DNA from: a cyanobacterium endosymbiont of Epithemia turgida isolate EtSB Lake Yunoko | Lineage (GTDB): Bacteria; Cyanobacteriota; Cyanobacteriia; Cyanobacteriales; Microcystaceae | DNA: 32,000 nucleotides | NCBI RefSeq assembly: GCF_000829235.1 | Contig: NZ_AP012549.1 | Span: 750,001-782,000, forward strand | Reading direction: 5' to 3' | Shown: piece after piece, positions 9,533-20,269 of the stretch | Numbering within the stretch: the first letter of the stretch is position 1 | Layout: every line of letters starts with the position of its first letter | Position numbers and translations under genes: made by a program | The notes under the pieces: generated by a model | Databases searched by the model: none | What the model was told of the DNA's origin: nothing | What the model saw: only the letters and a program-made list of their open reading frames with translations

Positions 9533-9898
9533 TTAACCACCACTAATTTTTACTTTGTAGCCTAATTGAGAGAGAACAGTTACTAGTTTTTGGCGATGAT
9601 CTCCTTGAATTTCAAGAGTATTGTCTTTAATAGTTCCGCCACTACCGCATTTATTTTTTAATTGTTTGAGTAATTGAACTAATTCTTGAGCGGAGTGTTG
9701 AAAACCGGTCATAACGGTCACGGTTTTGCCCTTTCGTCCTGATCGAGTGGACTTTATCCGAATGTTTTGTTGTTGGGCAATTAGATCTTGAACCTCATTT
9801 GTTAACATCTCTGAATCGGAGGATAAACCAAACTCCTGATAGGCGATGTGCTTAGAAGAATACTGATGTTTGGAAGACATAAAAAACCATAAGAACAT
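9533..9898 (-). CDS. translation initiation factor SUI1/eIF1 family protein (YciH-like)
   Basis: The C-terminal SUI1 domain reads GRKGKTVTVMTGFQHSAQELVQLLKQLKNKCGSGGTIKDNTLEIQGDHRQKLVTVLSQLGYKVKISGG. An alternative ATG at 9880 (MSSKHQ...) is equally plausible as the start. Confidence 0.85.
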   Translation of the reverse strand: MFLWFFMSSKHQYSSKHIAYQEFGLSSDSEMLTNEVQDLIAQQQNIRIKSTRSGRKGKTVTVMTGFQHSAQELVQLLKQLKNKCGSGGTIKDNTLEIQGDHRQKLVTVLSQLGYKVKISGG

Positions 9899-11404
9899 AA
9901 CCTAATTTAACTTTATCTTGAACTGTGAGCAAAACTTACTTAGTTGCCTCTTCTGACCAAACTATAGAAAGTTAACTAGAACGATTAGGTAAAGTCATTA
10001 GTTCCATTCGTGCCAAACGAACTAAATTAGACAAAAAATACACTTAAATGCTATTAAAACTGGCTTCTATATAGTTAGAGTACTTTTCTAAAGCTTTTCC
10101 TCCTACATCCAAAAGAAGGGAACCGTCTCGCAGTTGATATAATTACTAAAAACAGGCTTATAAATCTATAATTAACGATTTAATTACGATGTATTTACCT
10201 TTTTACCCGTTAGGTTGTTCGTTACTATTCTAATGTTCTAATTGATGATCTAAAATCAATTTTATTGCCTCTAATTTAGACATAGTTCTGAGGAGTATTG
10301 CTAGCATAGAAGAGCAATCACAATAAGATCCTAAACTCGCATTATCTAAATCTTCTGAGAGTTTATTAAACACTTCAGTTGAGGCTTTTACTAACCCAAT
10401 ACGATAGAGTGTTTTGGACAAACGCAATCGTCTCAAACTTAATGTCAGTAAGTTGAGAATTGTCCAATGGTTTCTTACAAAGCGACGACTCTACTCAAAG
10501 AAATGTTCAGGGTTTATGGTGATTACGTTGATCCACTCGTTGGGACATTTTCACAGAAGCTTGCAACTTACTGGCTACTAAGTTTTGATTAAGGCGACGA
10601 GCTTGCTTTTCTAAGTCTACTAATTTTTTAGTCTGACAGTTCACGGTTACATACTTGATATCGACTGCTTTAGAGATGGTTAACGATGCGAGAGACAACT
10701 TTAGTTGAATCAATAGAGATATATTACGGAGTAGTAGCAAATTAGGAACACATCCCCTCAATTCAAATCTTGGCTTTCTTTTCTACTAAATTATGAGCAA
10801 CTGTCTACAGTCCATAAAATTTAGGTATCTGCCTGGGGTTGACTTTCATCACGGACCCCTTCCTCGGAGAATTTATAATACAATACCATTAAGGTAGGTA
10901 TACCCCTCCTATGAGCAAAAATGACTAAATCCTACCATTATACCATTGGATCCACTGTATTCAGTTTTACAAGAAAAACGTAGTCTAATCATCTACTTTT
11001 ATAACTGATAACGCTGCTATCGGGAACAGCTATTACTACAATACGACGAAACATTAGGCGATATACAAATGAGTATCAGCCTCTTACTTGTGAGGAACAT
11101 TTTCCTTGTTGAAGGAGAAGGGAAATGATAACTAGAGGCGGTTGTAAGGATTTAGAATAGGTTTGTAGGATATAATCTTCTAGGGCATGACAGAGGACGG
11201 CTAAAGTAATTTAGAAGTAAACACCATAATTTGAGGAAAGTTGCCCATCAGGTAAAGCAAATTTCAGTTGATTAAGAGTCGATCCCAATAGTATTGGGGA
11301 TAAGTTAACTCAAATTCTGTAAGTGTTAATATACATTCCTAAGAGAATCATTTTTAAAATACTAAATTAGTATTGTTTATAGCATCGATTAATCAAAATA
11401 AATT

Positions 11405-12681
11405 TTGGTTGCTCTTATGTCTATTATTTCTGAGATCTTTTTGAGTGATCGCTACTGGATCAAAAATGCTCATATTCCCTTGTGTTTGTTAGATTATAGG
11501 CACTTTACTTCTGATACTAGAGAAGGTTTATGTCGAGTTGATCTAGAAATTGCTCAAGGAAAAATTTCCTCAATTGTTTTTTCTGGTTCTACTGTGATAG
11601 AAAACTCTTTCATAGATTTAAAAGGAGGTATTATTTTTCCTGGGTTTGTCGATATTCACACCCATTTAGATAAGAGTCATATTTGGGAACGATCACCCAA
11701 TTTAGATGGGACATTTGATACGGCAATAACAACTCTTAGAAAAGATACTCAAGTATTTTGGCAACCCGAAGATGTTTATGCTCGCATGAAGTTTAGTCTG
11801 AAGTGTAGTTATGCTCATGGAACAACGGCTATTAGAACTCATTTAGATTCATTTGGGGGAAAAGCTGACTTAGTTTTTGAAGTCTTTAGAAGATTACAAA
11901 CTCAATGGCAAAACAAAATAATTCTTCAAGCTGTTTGCCTAGTTTCTTTAGATTATTTTTTGACAGATGAAGGTGTAATTTTAGCGGATAAAGTAGCTGA
12001 ATATGGAGGAATTCTAGGTGGAGTTGCTTATATGAATCCCTATTTAGACAAACAACTCAATCAGTTTGTTTGCATAAAATTGCTGAAATTGCCCTTAAAT
12101 ATCAATTTTCAAATCAAATTATTTGCGGTCACTGTTGTAGTTTAGCAGTTCAACCACAAGAAATTGTGAATAAAACAATGAGATTAGTTAAACAAGCAAA
12201 CATTGGAATTGTTAGTTTACCAATGTGTAATCTATACCTTCAGGATCGAGCCTCGAATAGAACTCCTTATTGGCGAGGCATAACAAAAGTCCATGAATTT
12301 AAAACCCAAGGAATTCCGATTACATTTGCTAGTGATAATTGTCGAGATCCTTTTTTTTGATTTGGGGATCATGATGGGTTAGAAGTCTTTAAAGAATCCG
12401 TCAGAATTGCTCATTTAGATACTCCTTATAGTGATTGGTGTAGTGGAATAACGAAAACCCCTGCAACCTTAATGGAACTCTCTAATATTGGTCGAATTTC
12501 AGTCGGTTTAAATGCAGATTTAATTTTATTTAAAGCTCGTTATTTTAGTGAATTATTGTCGCGTTCTCAAAGTGATCGCATTGTTTTGCGTAGAGGAAAA
12601 CCAATTAATACTAACTTGCCTGATTATGCAGACTTAGATAATTTAGTATTAGTTAATAGAGAACATAATCAAAGTATGTAG
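11405..12681 (+). pseudogene. codA: cytosine deaminase-like amidohydrolase pseudogene
   Basis: Three ORF fragments (11405..12145, 12070..12360, 12472..12681) are collinear with CodA-type amidohydrolases. Matching segments are FPGFVDIHTHLDK, IRTHLDS, ICGHCCSLAV, RGITKVHEFKTQGIPITFASDNCRDPFF and LNADLILF. The frame changes near 12060..12075, where roughly 30 codons are missing, including the HxxE metal/catalytic motif. An in-frame TGA at 12358..12360 interrupts DPFF*FGDHD. Confidence 0.78.
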
Positions 12682-14463
12682 GTAGAGGTTTCAGGATCAA
12701 TCTAATATGGATTTATATTAAAAATAAATTTTAGTATAAAAAATGATTAAATGGTGAGTAGCACGTATAAAAAAATTACGGTTACCCCAATAATAAATAA
12801 TAAATATTTAAATAAACTAATAAAATTAAAATATTTTTTATTTATAAATGACAGTTTTTTTGATCAATAAAATATTATCCTAATGATTTCAATTCATATA
12901 ATCAACTGTTGAGTCTACCAAATCGTCCGCCAATAAATCTATGAGCTAATAATTAAATCTATTACTATCAAAAAAAATAATGTTTATAGATAAATTAACA
13001 TAATTTATACTATTTAATAGTCAATAGGTAATGACTGGCTAACTATAGTTTTCCTCTAATTTAATTAAATTCAGTTAAGGTCCACCACGAGAACTGTGTT
13101 CCCTTGACGCACCTTAACTGTTACTTTGTCAACTGTTAACCCCTAAATATTAAGGTGTTTATAGATCCAGATAGTATCGTCAGTGTTCTTAAACTCTACA
13201 AAAAGTTATAATAAGAGATTCTTTCATCGTCATTTAATCAAAAAATTTTACCCAAATTACTACTAAGATTCTGTACTTATAGCTGAATAAGTTAGCTATC
13301 AAGTTTTAGGCGAACAATTTACTCTATCTTCAATATCAAAAAGTACTTTGACTGGTAAAAGCCAAACTAAACAAGAATCAAAATGTTGTCTTCTTGACTT
13401 CATAAAATAAATCTAAAATATTATTTTTGGATTTGGTAAAGCTTTATATTTTTAGTATAAAGGTCATATTTTCTTCTAGTTTTTAAGTTAGCTATATTAA
13501 CTAAATAAGAACATGCAAAAGTATAATTAACATTCAAAAACTATATTAATAATTTTTTTTTATAAAGACTGAAAAAATAAAAGAGTAATTAGAGTTAATA
13601 CTAAAATAAATTGATATAAATTTTGATAAATAATTTAAAATATACTCCTGTTAATAGTAATCAAATCCTACTCTTATGCTAATTTTTTTTATTATCAATT
13701 AATTGTTAGGATTATTTTAATTGGCAGTATAAATTTTGAGGAAGACGAGATAAAAATATTACTTGTATTCCTATAGATTTAATTAGTTTTCTGACTTTTA
13801 TATCCCTATGAGCCAGTCATTTATCTATAAATACACAAACTCTAGGCCAAAATTATAATATCAGCACTTCTGTTTCATTAGTTATAAATACTTCTTTTTT
13901 TCTCCATTATTAAAAAACAAAATAAAAATTTATGTAGCTATTACTTAAATTAACATAATATTGTCTTCTTAATTATTGGTAAATTTTCTATCATTTTTTT
14001 TAGTTACTATGTAAAAGTAGAAAATTTTGTTCAAAAATAATAGATTATATTAATAAAAAATAGAATTTATTTTGAGCAATAAACTATGATTAAAAATCAC
14101 AATAGCGACCAATTTTATTCCATTAATCTTATCAGTTAGATTGCGTAATCTAGGGCAACAATATTCTCGACTGAGTGAAGAATTAACTTATTTTATCGAC
14201 TACCTTCAGATATTAAGAATATGAAGTATAGCTTTACTAAAGTAGTGTTACCACTAAATTTCACAACCAATGAATCTATTACCAAATTCTCTAGCACATT
14301 CGGTAAAATTTTGACTACAGGGAAATTCTATAAGCTAGGGGATCTTATTTATCCGATAATTTTTAAACATGATTATAATTGAGTTGATGTGTTCTAACGA
14401 TATTTTTTCCATTTAAATTAATACAATATGCATAATCGTCGAATTATTTTTTTCTTTAAAAAA

Positions 14464-15519
14464 TTAACTAAATCCTAAACTAGATTTAATTTCGTTGATT
14501 GTCTGTAATAATTGAGCCATTTCCTGATCAGTTCCAACAGAAATTCTAATATAATCTTTAATACGAGGATTTTCAAAGTATCTTACCAATACTTTTCTCT
14601 CTTTTAACTTTTTGTAAAGCTCTGATGCAGGTATCCATTGAGAAGATGCGAAAACAAAATTTGAATCAGAATCAAAGACCAGGAAATCCAAAGCTTTTAG
14701 GGATTCAATGAGATGACTACGGGTCTGACGAACTTTTTGCCAAATTTCTTTAAAATATTCTTGAAAATTAAGAGCATTTGTTCCTAACAATTGTGCTATT
14801 CTATCTAAGTTATAGGAGTCCTTGACTTTATTCATTTGTTCAATTACGGGAATTGAAGCAATTCCAAAACCTACCCGCATTCCTGCTATACTATAACTCT
14901 TAGACATAGTACGAGAAATAATAACGTTATCATATTTATTTAAAAAGTCAAGATGATTTTCATCGCTAAAATCTGCATAAGCTTCATCAATTAAAACAAT
15001 TCCAGTAGCTCTTTCACAAGTTTCCTCTAAGTAATCACGGTTCATATGTTGCCCTACAGGAGGGTTAGGAGAAGCAATAAATATTAATTTAGCTTTAGGA
15101 CAAATAATCGGCTGATTAATGGCAAACTGATCATTTGTAGGGATTTTAATGATAGATGCACCATGAACCCCCGCAATTGTCTCATATAAAGAGTAAGTTA
15201 GATCGAGAAAAGTAACAGTTTCTCCCGGATTGACAAATGTCCTTACTGCAATATTTAAGATATCATCAGAACCATTTCCTGCTAGGATGTTCACAGGAGA
15301 AACCCCAAATACTTTTGCCGCAGCTTCTCGTAATTTAGTAGAAACTGGATCAGGATACAATCTAATTTTTGCTAATTCTTGTTGAAGTCCCTCAAAAATT
15401 TCAAGAGGAGGTGGATAGGGGTTTTCATTAGTATTCAATTTAGTAAAATCATTAGTTTGAGGCTGTTCTCCTGGAATATAGCCTGATGTTTGTTCAACGC
15501 ATTGCCGAATAGGTAACAT
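14464..15519 (-). CDS. hisC: histidinol-phosphate aminotransferase (class II PLP aminotransferase)
   Basis: The 351-aa product carries LNTNENPYPPP, GNGSDDIL and the PLP-lysine motif SRTMSKSYSIAGMRVGF. Confidence 0.85.
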   Translation of the reverse strand: MLPIRQCVEQTSGYIPGEQPQTNDFTKLNTNENPYPPPLEIFEGLQQELAKIRLYPDPVSTKLREAAAKVFGVSPVNILAGNGSDDILNIAVRTFVNPGETVTFLDLTYSLYETIAGVHGASIIKIPTNDQFAINQPIICPKAKLIFIASPNPPVGQHMNRDYLEETCERATGIVLIDEAYADFSDENHLDFLNKYDNVIISRTMSKSYSIAGMRVGFGIASIPVIEQMNKVKDSYNLDRIAQLLGTNALNFQEYFKEIWQKVRQTRSHLIESLKALDFLVFDSDSNFVFASSQWIPASELYKKLKERKVLVRYFENPRIKDYIRISVGTDQEMAQLLQTINEIKSSLGFS

Positions 15520-15675
15520 AGAGACAAAGTTTATTGCTAGACCCAGAAAGTCTAGCGTAAAGTTATTATAAAATATAAACTTCTTAACGATACTTTAACG
15601 AGAATCTATAGCTAATAATAACCTAAAGTTTTATATTTATCTGCTATCCCAAAGAAACTATAATAAACTTTTTTT

Positions 15676-15712
15676 AAAAAAAAGTGGGGATGCTATTCAC
15701 TCATAACATCCC
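15676..15712 (-). terminator. rho-independent terminator of htpG
   Basis: On the minus strand: GGGAUGUUAU-GAGUGA-AUAGCAUCCC (10 bp including one G-U pair), followed by CAC and then a run of eight U. The U-run corresponds to the plus-strand A-run at 15676..15683. Confidence 0.65.
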
Positions 15713-15744
15713 GAGATAAGTAATATATTTAGTAGATAATTCTC

Positions 15745-17730
15745 TTATTTGGTTAAGCGAGTTAATATTTTATTAGAGCGTTCTACAAAGGATTTCATTC
15801 CTTGTGAACCTAATCCTTGTTGCGCTATCACAGCTAATTCATAAACATGCTGGCAAAGCATTTTAGCAGTCTCTCCAGAAGGAGATTCACCTGTCCCTTG
15901 AATGATACTAGATTGACTTAACTGATAAATATTTTCAATCAACGGATGGTTAATATTGATCACTAAAACGTGCTCTTCTGGAAATTCCACAGCTTGTTTT
16001 TGCATCATGGCCGTCATTTCATGTAAACGTCGCATTGCTTCAGGTAATAGAACCATTACAGGAGGAGTACTTTCAGGAGTATTAGATTTTAACGCCTCAG
16101 TGCGAATATTTATCTTGGGTTTATTAAGTGCTTTCTCGAAAATTTCTTTAATTTGTTCACTTCGAGTTTTATTTGTAGTCGGATCAACAATTTCTTTGTC
16201 TTTATTCTCCTGTAACAGGGTTTTATCTAACTCCGCATCCACACGGGCAAATTGAACATCAGAATATTCTCGTTCTAAGAAAGGGATAAAGTAGTTAGTG
16301 TCAATAAAAGAGTCCATAAATAGTACTTCTATTTCCTGATTTTGATAGAGTTCTATATAGGTTGTTTGGGTAGTTTGATCAGTACAATAAAATACTCTAT
16401 TTTCGTGATTTTTTTTGTTTCTTTCTAAATAGGCATTTAAAGTAGTAAATCCTGATTTTTCATAGGTTAATTGTTGATTTTTATTTTCTTTATTTTGCCA
16501 AATATCTTCTTTGGCTTTTAATTGATTTTTTTCCGTTTCACCCTTAGTTTGAGTTGGTGTATCAGTGGGCTGATAAGTGGTCCGATATATAAGGATATCT
16601 TCTACTTGTTTCTTGAATTTATCATCTTTGATGGAACCATATTTAATAAATGTCCCTACATCTTCCCAGCAACGAATGTATTCTTCTGGGTTTTCTTCTG
16701 AAAGTGATTTCAGACGATCAGCAATTTTTTTAGAAATATGATTAGCGATACCCCGAACAGTTCGATGATTAGTTAATGCACTACGAGAAACATTTAAAGG
16801 AATATCAGGACTGTCAATTACCCCTCGTAATGGCATTAAAAATTCAGGAATAATCTCTTCACAATGGTCACTGACAAAAACTTGATTACAGAAGAGTTTA
16901 ATAGACCCTTTTGAGACATCTATATCGGGACGAAGTTTAGGAAAATAGAGAATTCCAGTCACCAAAAAAGGATAGTCAGTATTGAGATGTATCCAAAGTA
17001 GAGGATCTTCTTGGAAAGGATAAAGATAACGATAAAATTCTAAGTAATCTTCTTTAGTTAAATTTTGAGTTGGTTCCTTCCACAAAGATCGTTCTTTATT
17101 GATAGTCTCTCCTTCAAATTTGATAGGAACTGATAAAAAGTCAGAATAAGTTTTAACCAACTGACGAATACGAGAGGGTTCAAGATATTCTTGCTCCTCA
17201 TCCATTAAAGTTAAGATGATGGTTGTTCCAATTTCAGTCCGAGAAGAGTCTGTTAATTCAAATTCAGGAGAACCATCACAAGACCAATGTACTGCCTGGG
17301 AACCTTCTCTATAAGAAAGAGTATCAATTTCAACTTTTTTAGCTACCATGAAGGCAGAATAAAAACCCAACCCAAAATGACCTATTAAATCATTGGTATC
17401 TTTCTGATACTTTTTAATAAATTCTTCCGCACTAGAGAACGCAACTTGATTGATATATTTCTTAATTTCATCAGTTGTCATGCCAATGCCATTATCAATG
17501 ATAGACAGAGTTTTGTTATTTTTATTGATCGAAAGTATAATTTCAGGCTCAGGAATTTCTCCCCTTACTTCTCCAGCAAATACAGCCATTTTTAGTTTAG
17601 AAATAGCATCAACAGAGTTAGAAATTAACTCCCGTAAGAAGATTTCGTGATCAGTGTAGAGGGACTTCTTAATAATGGGAAAAATATTTTCAGTATGGAT
17701 CGTAATATTGCCTTTTTCAAGTACTGTCAT
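15745..17730 (-). CDS. htpG: molecular chaperone HtpG (Hsp90)
   Basis: The GHKL ATPase N-terminus is present (EIFLRELISNSVDAISKL, NGIGMT, IGHFGLGFYSAFMVA), and full-length Hsp90 architecture follows. The ORF track extends to a GTG at 17841, but the homologous N-terminus (MTVLEKGNITIHTENIF...) begins at the ATG at 17730. Confidence 0.95.
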   Translation of the reverse strand: MTVLEKGNITIHTENIFPIIKKSLYTDHEIFLRELISNSVDAISKLKMAVFAGEVRGEIPEPEIILSINKNNKTLSIIDNGIGMTTDEIKKYINQVAFSSAEEFIKKYQKDTNDLIGHFGLGFYSAFMVAKKVEIDTLSYREGSQAVHWSCDGSPEFELTDSSRTEIGTTIILTLMDEEQEYLEPSRIRQLVKTYSDFLSVPIKFEGETINKERSLWKEPTQNLTKEDYLEFYRYLYPFQEDPLLWIHLNTDYPFLVTGILYFPKLRPDIDVSKGSIKLFCNQVFVSDHCEEIIPEFLMPLRGVIDSPDIPLNVSRSALTNHRTVRGIANHISKKIADRLKSLSEENPEEYIRCWEDVGTFIKYGSIKDDKFKKQVEDILIYRTTYQPTDTPTQTKGETEKNQLKAKEDIWQNKENKNQQLTYEKSGFTTLNAYLERNKKNHENRVFYCTDQTTQTTYIELYQNQEIEVLFMDSFIDTNYFIPFLEREYSDVQFARVDAELDKTLLQENKDKEIVDPTTNKTRSEQIKEIFEKALNKPKINIRTEALKSNTPESTPPVMVLLPEAMRRLHEMTAMMQKQAVEFPEEHVLVININHPLIENIYQLSQSSIIQGTGESPSGETAKMLCQHVYELAVIAQQGLGSQGMKSFVERSNKILTRLTK

Positions 17731-18223
17731 AGCTTTTAAATCTAGAAAGGGTTTGCATATTCTCAATAGTAATTGTGCCTGATTATAGGCTAATGTTGAC
17801 TCAGGGATTGTCCCCCTAAACAGATGTGGATTTCCGTACACTTATGATTTACAATCAGATCTCCTCGAATAAAATTGCTCAAATTTACTGTACTCTTGAG
17901 GAACAGATTAAACAAAGACACGTCAGTCCTCAATAGTGGTTAGTAAAGGTTTAGTAGCAAACGCTTTAGTTTTACTCAATTTGGCAAAATACTGTTGCGA
18001 TCTCAGAGAGGATATTATCCCTCCCTTAAAAGGTTATCTATAAATTCTACTTACTCTTCAATCATTCACCTTTTAAGTTCCCCCTGAGGTTTCTCTAAGC
18101 TTGCTTTACTTCACCAGCAATTTTTTTATTTAATCTATTGGTACTGCTACAATCCTTAAAACGCATCTTAATGCTAATGACAAGGCAACTTTTATTCTAC
18201 TTTTATCTGAAACTAACACTGAA

Positions 18224-19201
18224 ATGGCATTCATGACCAGTCCCCGCAAAACGCCTGCCACTGGCTGTTTAAACAAACTTATTTTTCTTACAATCCTAAT
18301 TCTTAGTTCAGGAATCCTCGGATGGTTTGCGGGGAAAGCTTGGATCTTTCTGGTTGTTGGAGTTAATGAAGGGAAAAATGCTGAAGTTTTTTTAGAAACG
18401 TCTAATGAAAGTAATGTCTCTAACATTAACAATGAAGAGTTACAACGCAAAAATAAGTTACGTAGTCGTTGCCGGAGTTTAGGATTAAATCCTAGTTTAT
18501 TTATTACCTTAGTCGATGAATATTTTAGTGAGCAATATCCTGAAAAAAAAGGGCATCATTTAAGTAATAATTCTGAAGATTATTCCTGGCAAAAAAAGTG
18601 GGACCAAACGGCAGTTTATTTACTTGATATTTTGGCATCTTTAAGTCCTGAGGCAGTTCAACGAATGGGGACTTATACTCAAAATGACCGACATCACTGG
18701 AAACAACAGGTTAATAATTTACATTTAAGTAGTCGTGCTCTTTATGATTTAGTTGATACTCGCTTTTTTCAGGCATTTCCTGCACAAAAAAACATATCTT
18801 TTCTTGATAAAGCTATCGGTCAAATTTGGAATAGTATGATGTTCGATACTTTACAAGCTTTGCAATCTAGTTCAATTTATGAAAAACTTTCTTTTACGGC
18901 TGTAGAATCTAACGTTATTCGGCGAGAGGCAACCCTAAAACTAGGAGAAGGAAGAACATATGTTCTTTTCTTGGAAGCTTCTGATCGGATGAAGTTTGAC
19001 TTAAAAGCCAATCGAGATATTTTATTGTCTATTTACTCTCCAACGGGCGATAATAACTTAATAGAAAATTCTCCACAACATCAATGGTCTGGGATACTTC
19101 CTGAAACAGGATATTATGAAATAATAATAGTTTCTCATTACAAGAAAACAGTTAACTATCAATTTAAAATTTTGGTTGATAAGAGTAGTTTACCATTTTA
19201 A
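18224..19201 (+). CDS. hypothetical membrane-anchored protein
   Basis: The 325-aa ORF has one N-terminal transmembrane helix (LIFLTILILSSGILGWFAGKAWIFLVV). A long non-repetitive domain follows, ending in a beta-rich segment (GEGRTYVLFLEASDRMKFDLKANRDILLSIYSPTG...WSGILPETGYYEIIIVSH). The composition is coding-like, but I cannot confirm a family assignment. Confidence 0.6.
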   Translation: MAFMTSPRKTPATGCLNKLIFLTILILSSGILGWFAGKAWIFLVVGVNEGKNAEVFLETSNESNVSNINNEELQRKNKLRSRCRSLGLNPSLFITLVDEYFSEQYPEKKGHHLSNNSEDYSWQKKWDQTAVYLLDILASLSPEAVQRMGTYTQNDRHHWKQQVNNLHLSSRALYDLVDTRFFQAFPAQKNISFLDKAIGQIWNSMMFDTLQALQSSSIYEKLSFTAVESNVIRREATLKLGEGRTYVLFLEASDRMKFDLKANRDILLSIYSPTGDNNLIENSPQHQWSGILPETGYYEIIIVSHYKKTVNYQFKILVDKSSLPF

Positions 19202-20234
19202 AACTATTTTTTAATCAAATATATTTGACTTTTTAAAATTATGTATAAACTATAATCTTTTTGACTAGATTTAGGTTAAAATTCTGGTATTAATTTAGCA
19301 TTATTCACAATATATATTCATTTCTCTTAGGGAAGAAGAACAAGAAATAGGCTACAATGCACAACGGTCAAAAATTAAGTTTAAATTATAAGCTATTAGA
19401 ACTATTTAGTTCCCTTTTTACAATCAATAAGTTTAAAATCTTTGTTCTTTAGCGACAAGTACTAATCGCGCATTCAACAAAATTTAAAAATACGATTTTT
19501 ATTTTTAATAACTAATTTAAAATTTAATAATTTTGACGGTTATCTGAAATATAAACTTCTAACAATCAAGACTACAATGATTGCTTAAAAAGAATAATAA
19601 GTTAAAATTAGCTTGCCTTTTTATACTAGATCTAAAAAAAAAATTCTGATTAAATCCGCAAAGATAAGTAGTCCATATTTCAAATATTAAATTTGAGATA
19701 TAGTTTAAAATTTGTCGTTAATAGTTTAAATTTTAAACCGCTTATAAAATAAAAAAATATTAATTTTTTCTGCTAATTTTTACGTTATATTCTATTAATA
19801 ATAATTAATTGATTTAAATTATTTTTAATAGAATATTTTAAAAAGTTCTTGAGTAAGATACCCTCTGCATTCAAATTATTTACACATTAAACCTTACGTT
19901 AACCCATAAATAAGTTTACAGTCAATGAAAAAATTAACAGTTAAACTTATATACTTGCATTTAATTGTTAAACCTCAATGTTTAGGTTGAAATCATTGAT
20001 ATAAAATATTTGATTATTTATCTAATAACCAGAAGTTAGGTATTATGATGGCAATCACTAAAAACAGACTATTTTCAACTACAGAAGAAAAGTAATAGTT
20101 GGTTTAAACTCTATAGATATAGGATAATAGAATAATTGTTTATTTAAAAGAGTTTAAACAATTCAGAGTGTTGAGACAACAGTTGTACAACAATATTATT
20201 TGGTTTTATTTTATCCAGACAATTAAAATATATT

Positions 20235-20269
20235 TGATATTCAACAACTAAACTAGTTGTTGAATATCA
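20235..20269. repeat. perfect 16-bp-stem inverted repeat with a 3-nt loop, function unknown
   Basis: TGATATTCAACAACTA (20235..20250), loop AAC, TAGTTGTTGAATATCA (20254..20269). The arms are exact reverse complements, and the repeat lies in an AT desert. Confidence 0.85.

Noticed and set aside
12358-12360. In-frame TGA in the codA-like gene, considered as possible stop-codon reassignment or selenocysteine.
   Set aside because: The gene also carries an out-of-frame deletion. The sdhB relic uses TAG at a Trp position (TGG to TAG, not TGA). All intact genes here terminate normally and contain no in-frame TGA.
17731-17841. 37-codon N-terminal extension of htpG from a GTG at 17841.
   Set aside because: The extension is not HtpG-like. 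The conserved N-terminus begins at the ATG at 17730.
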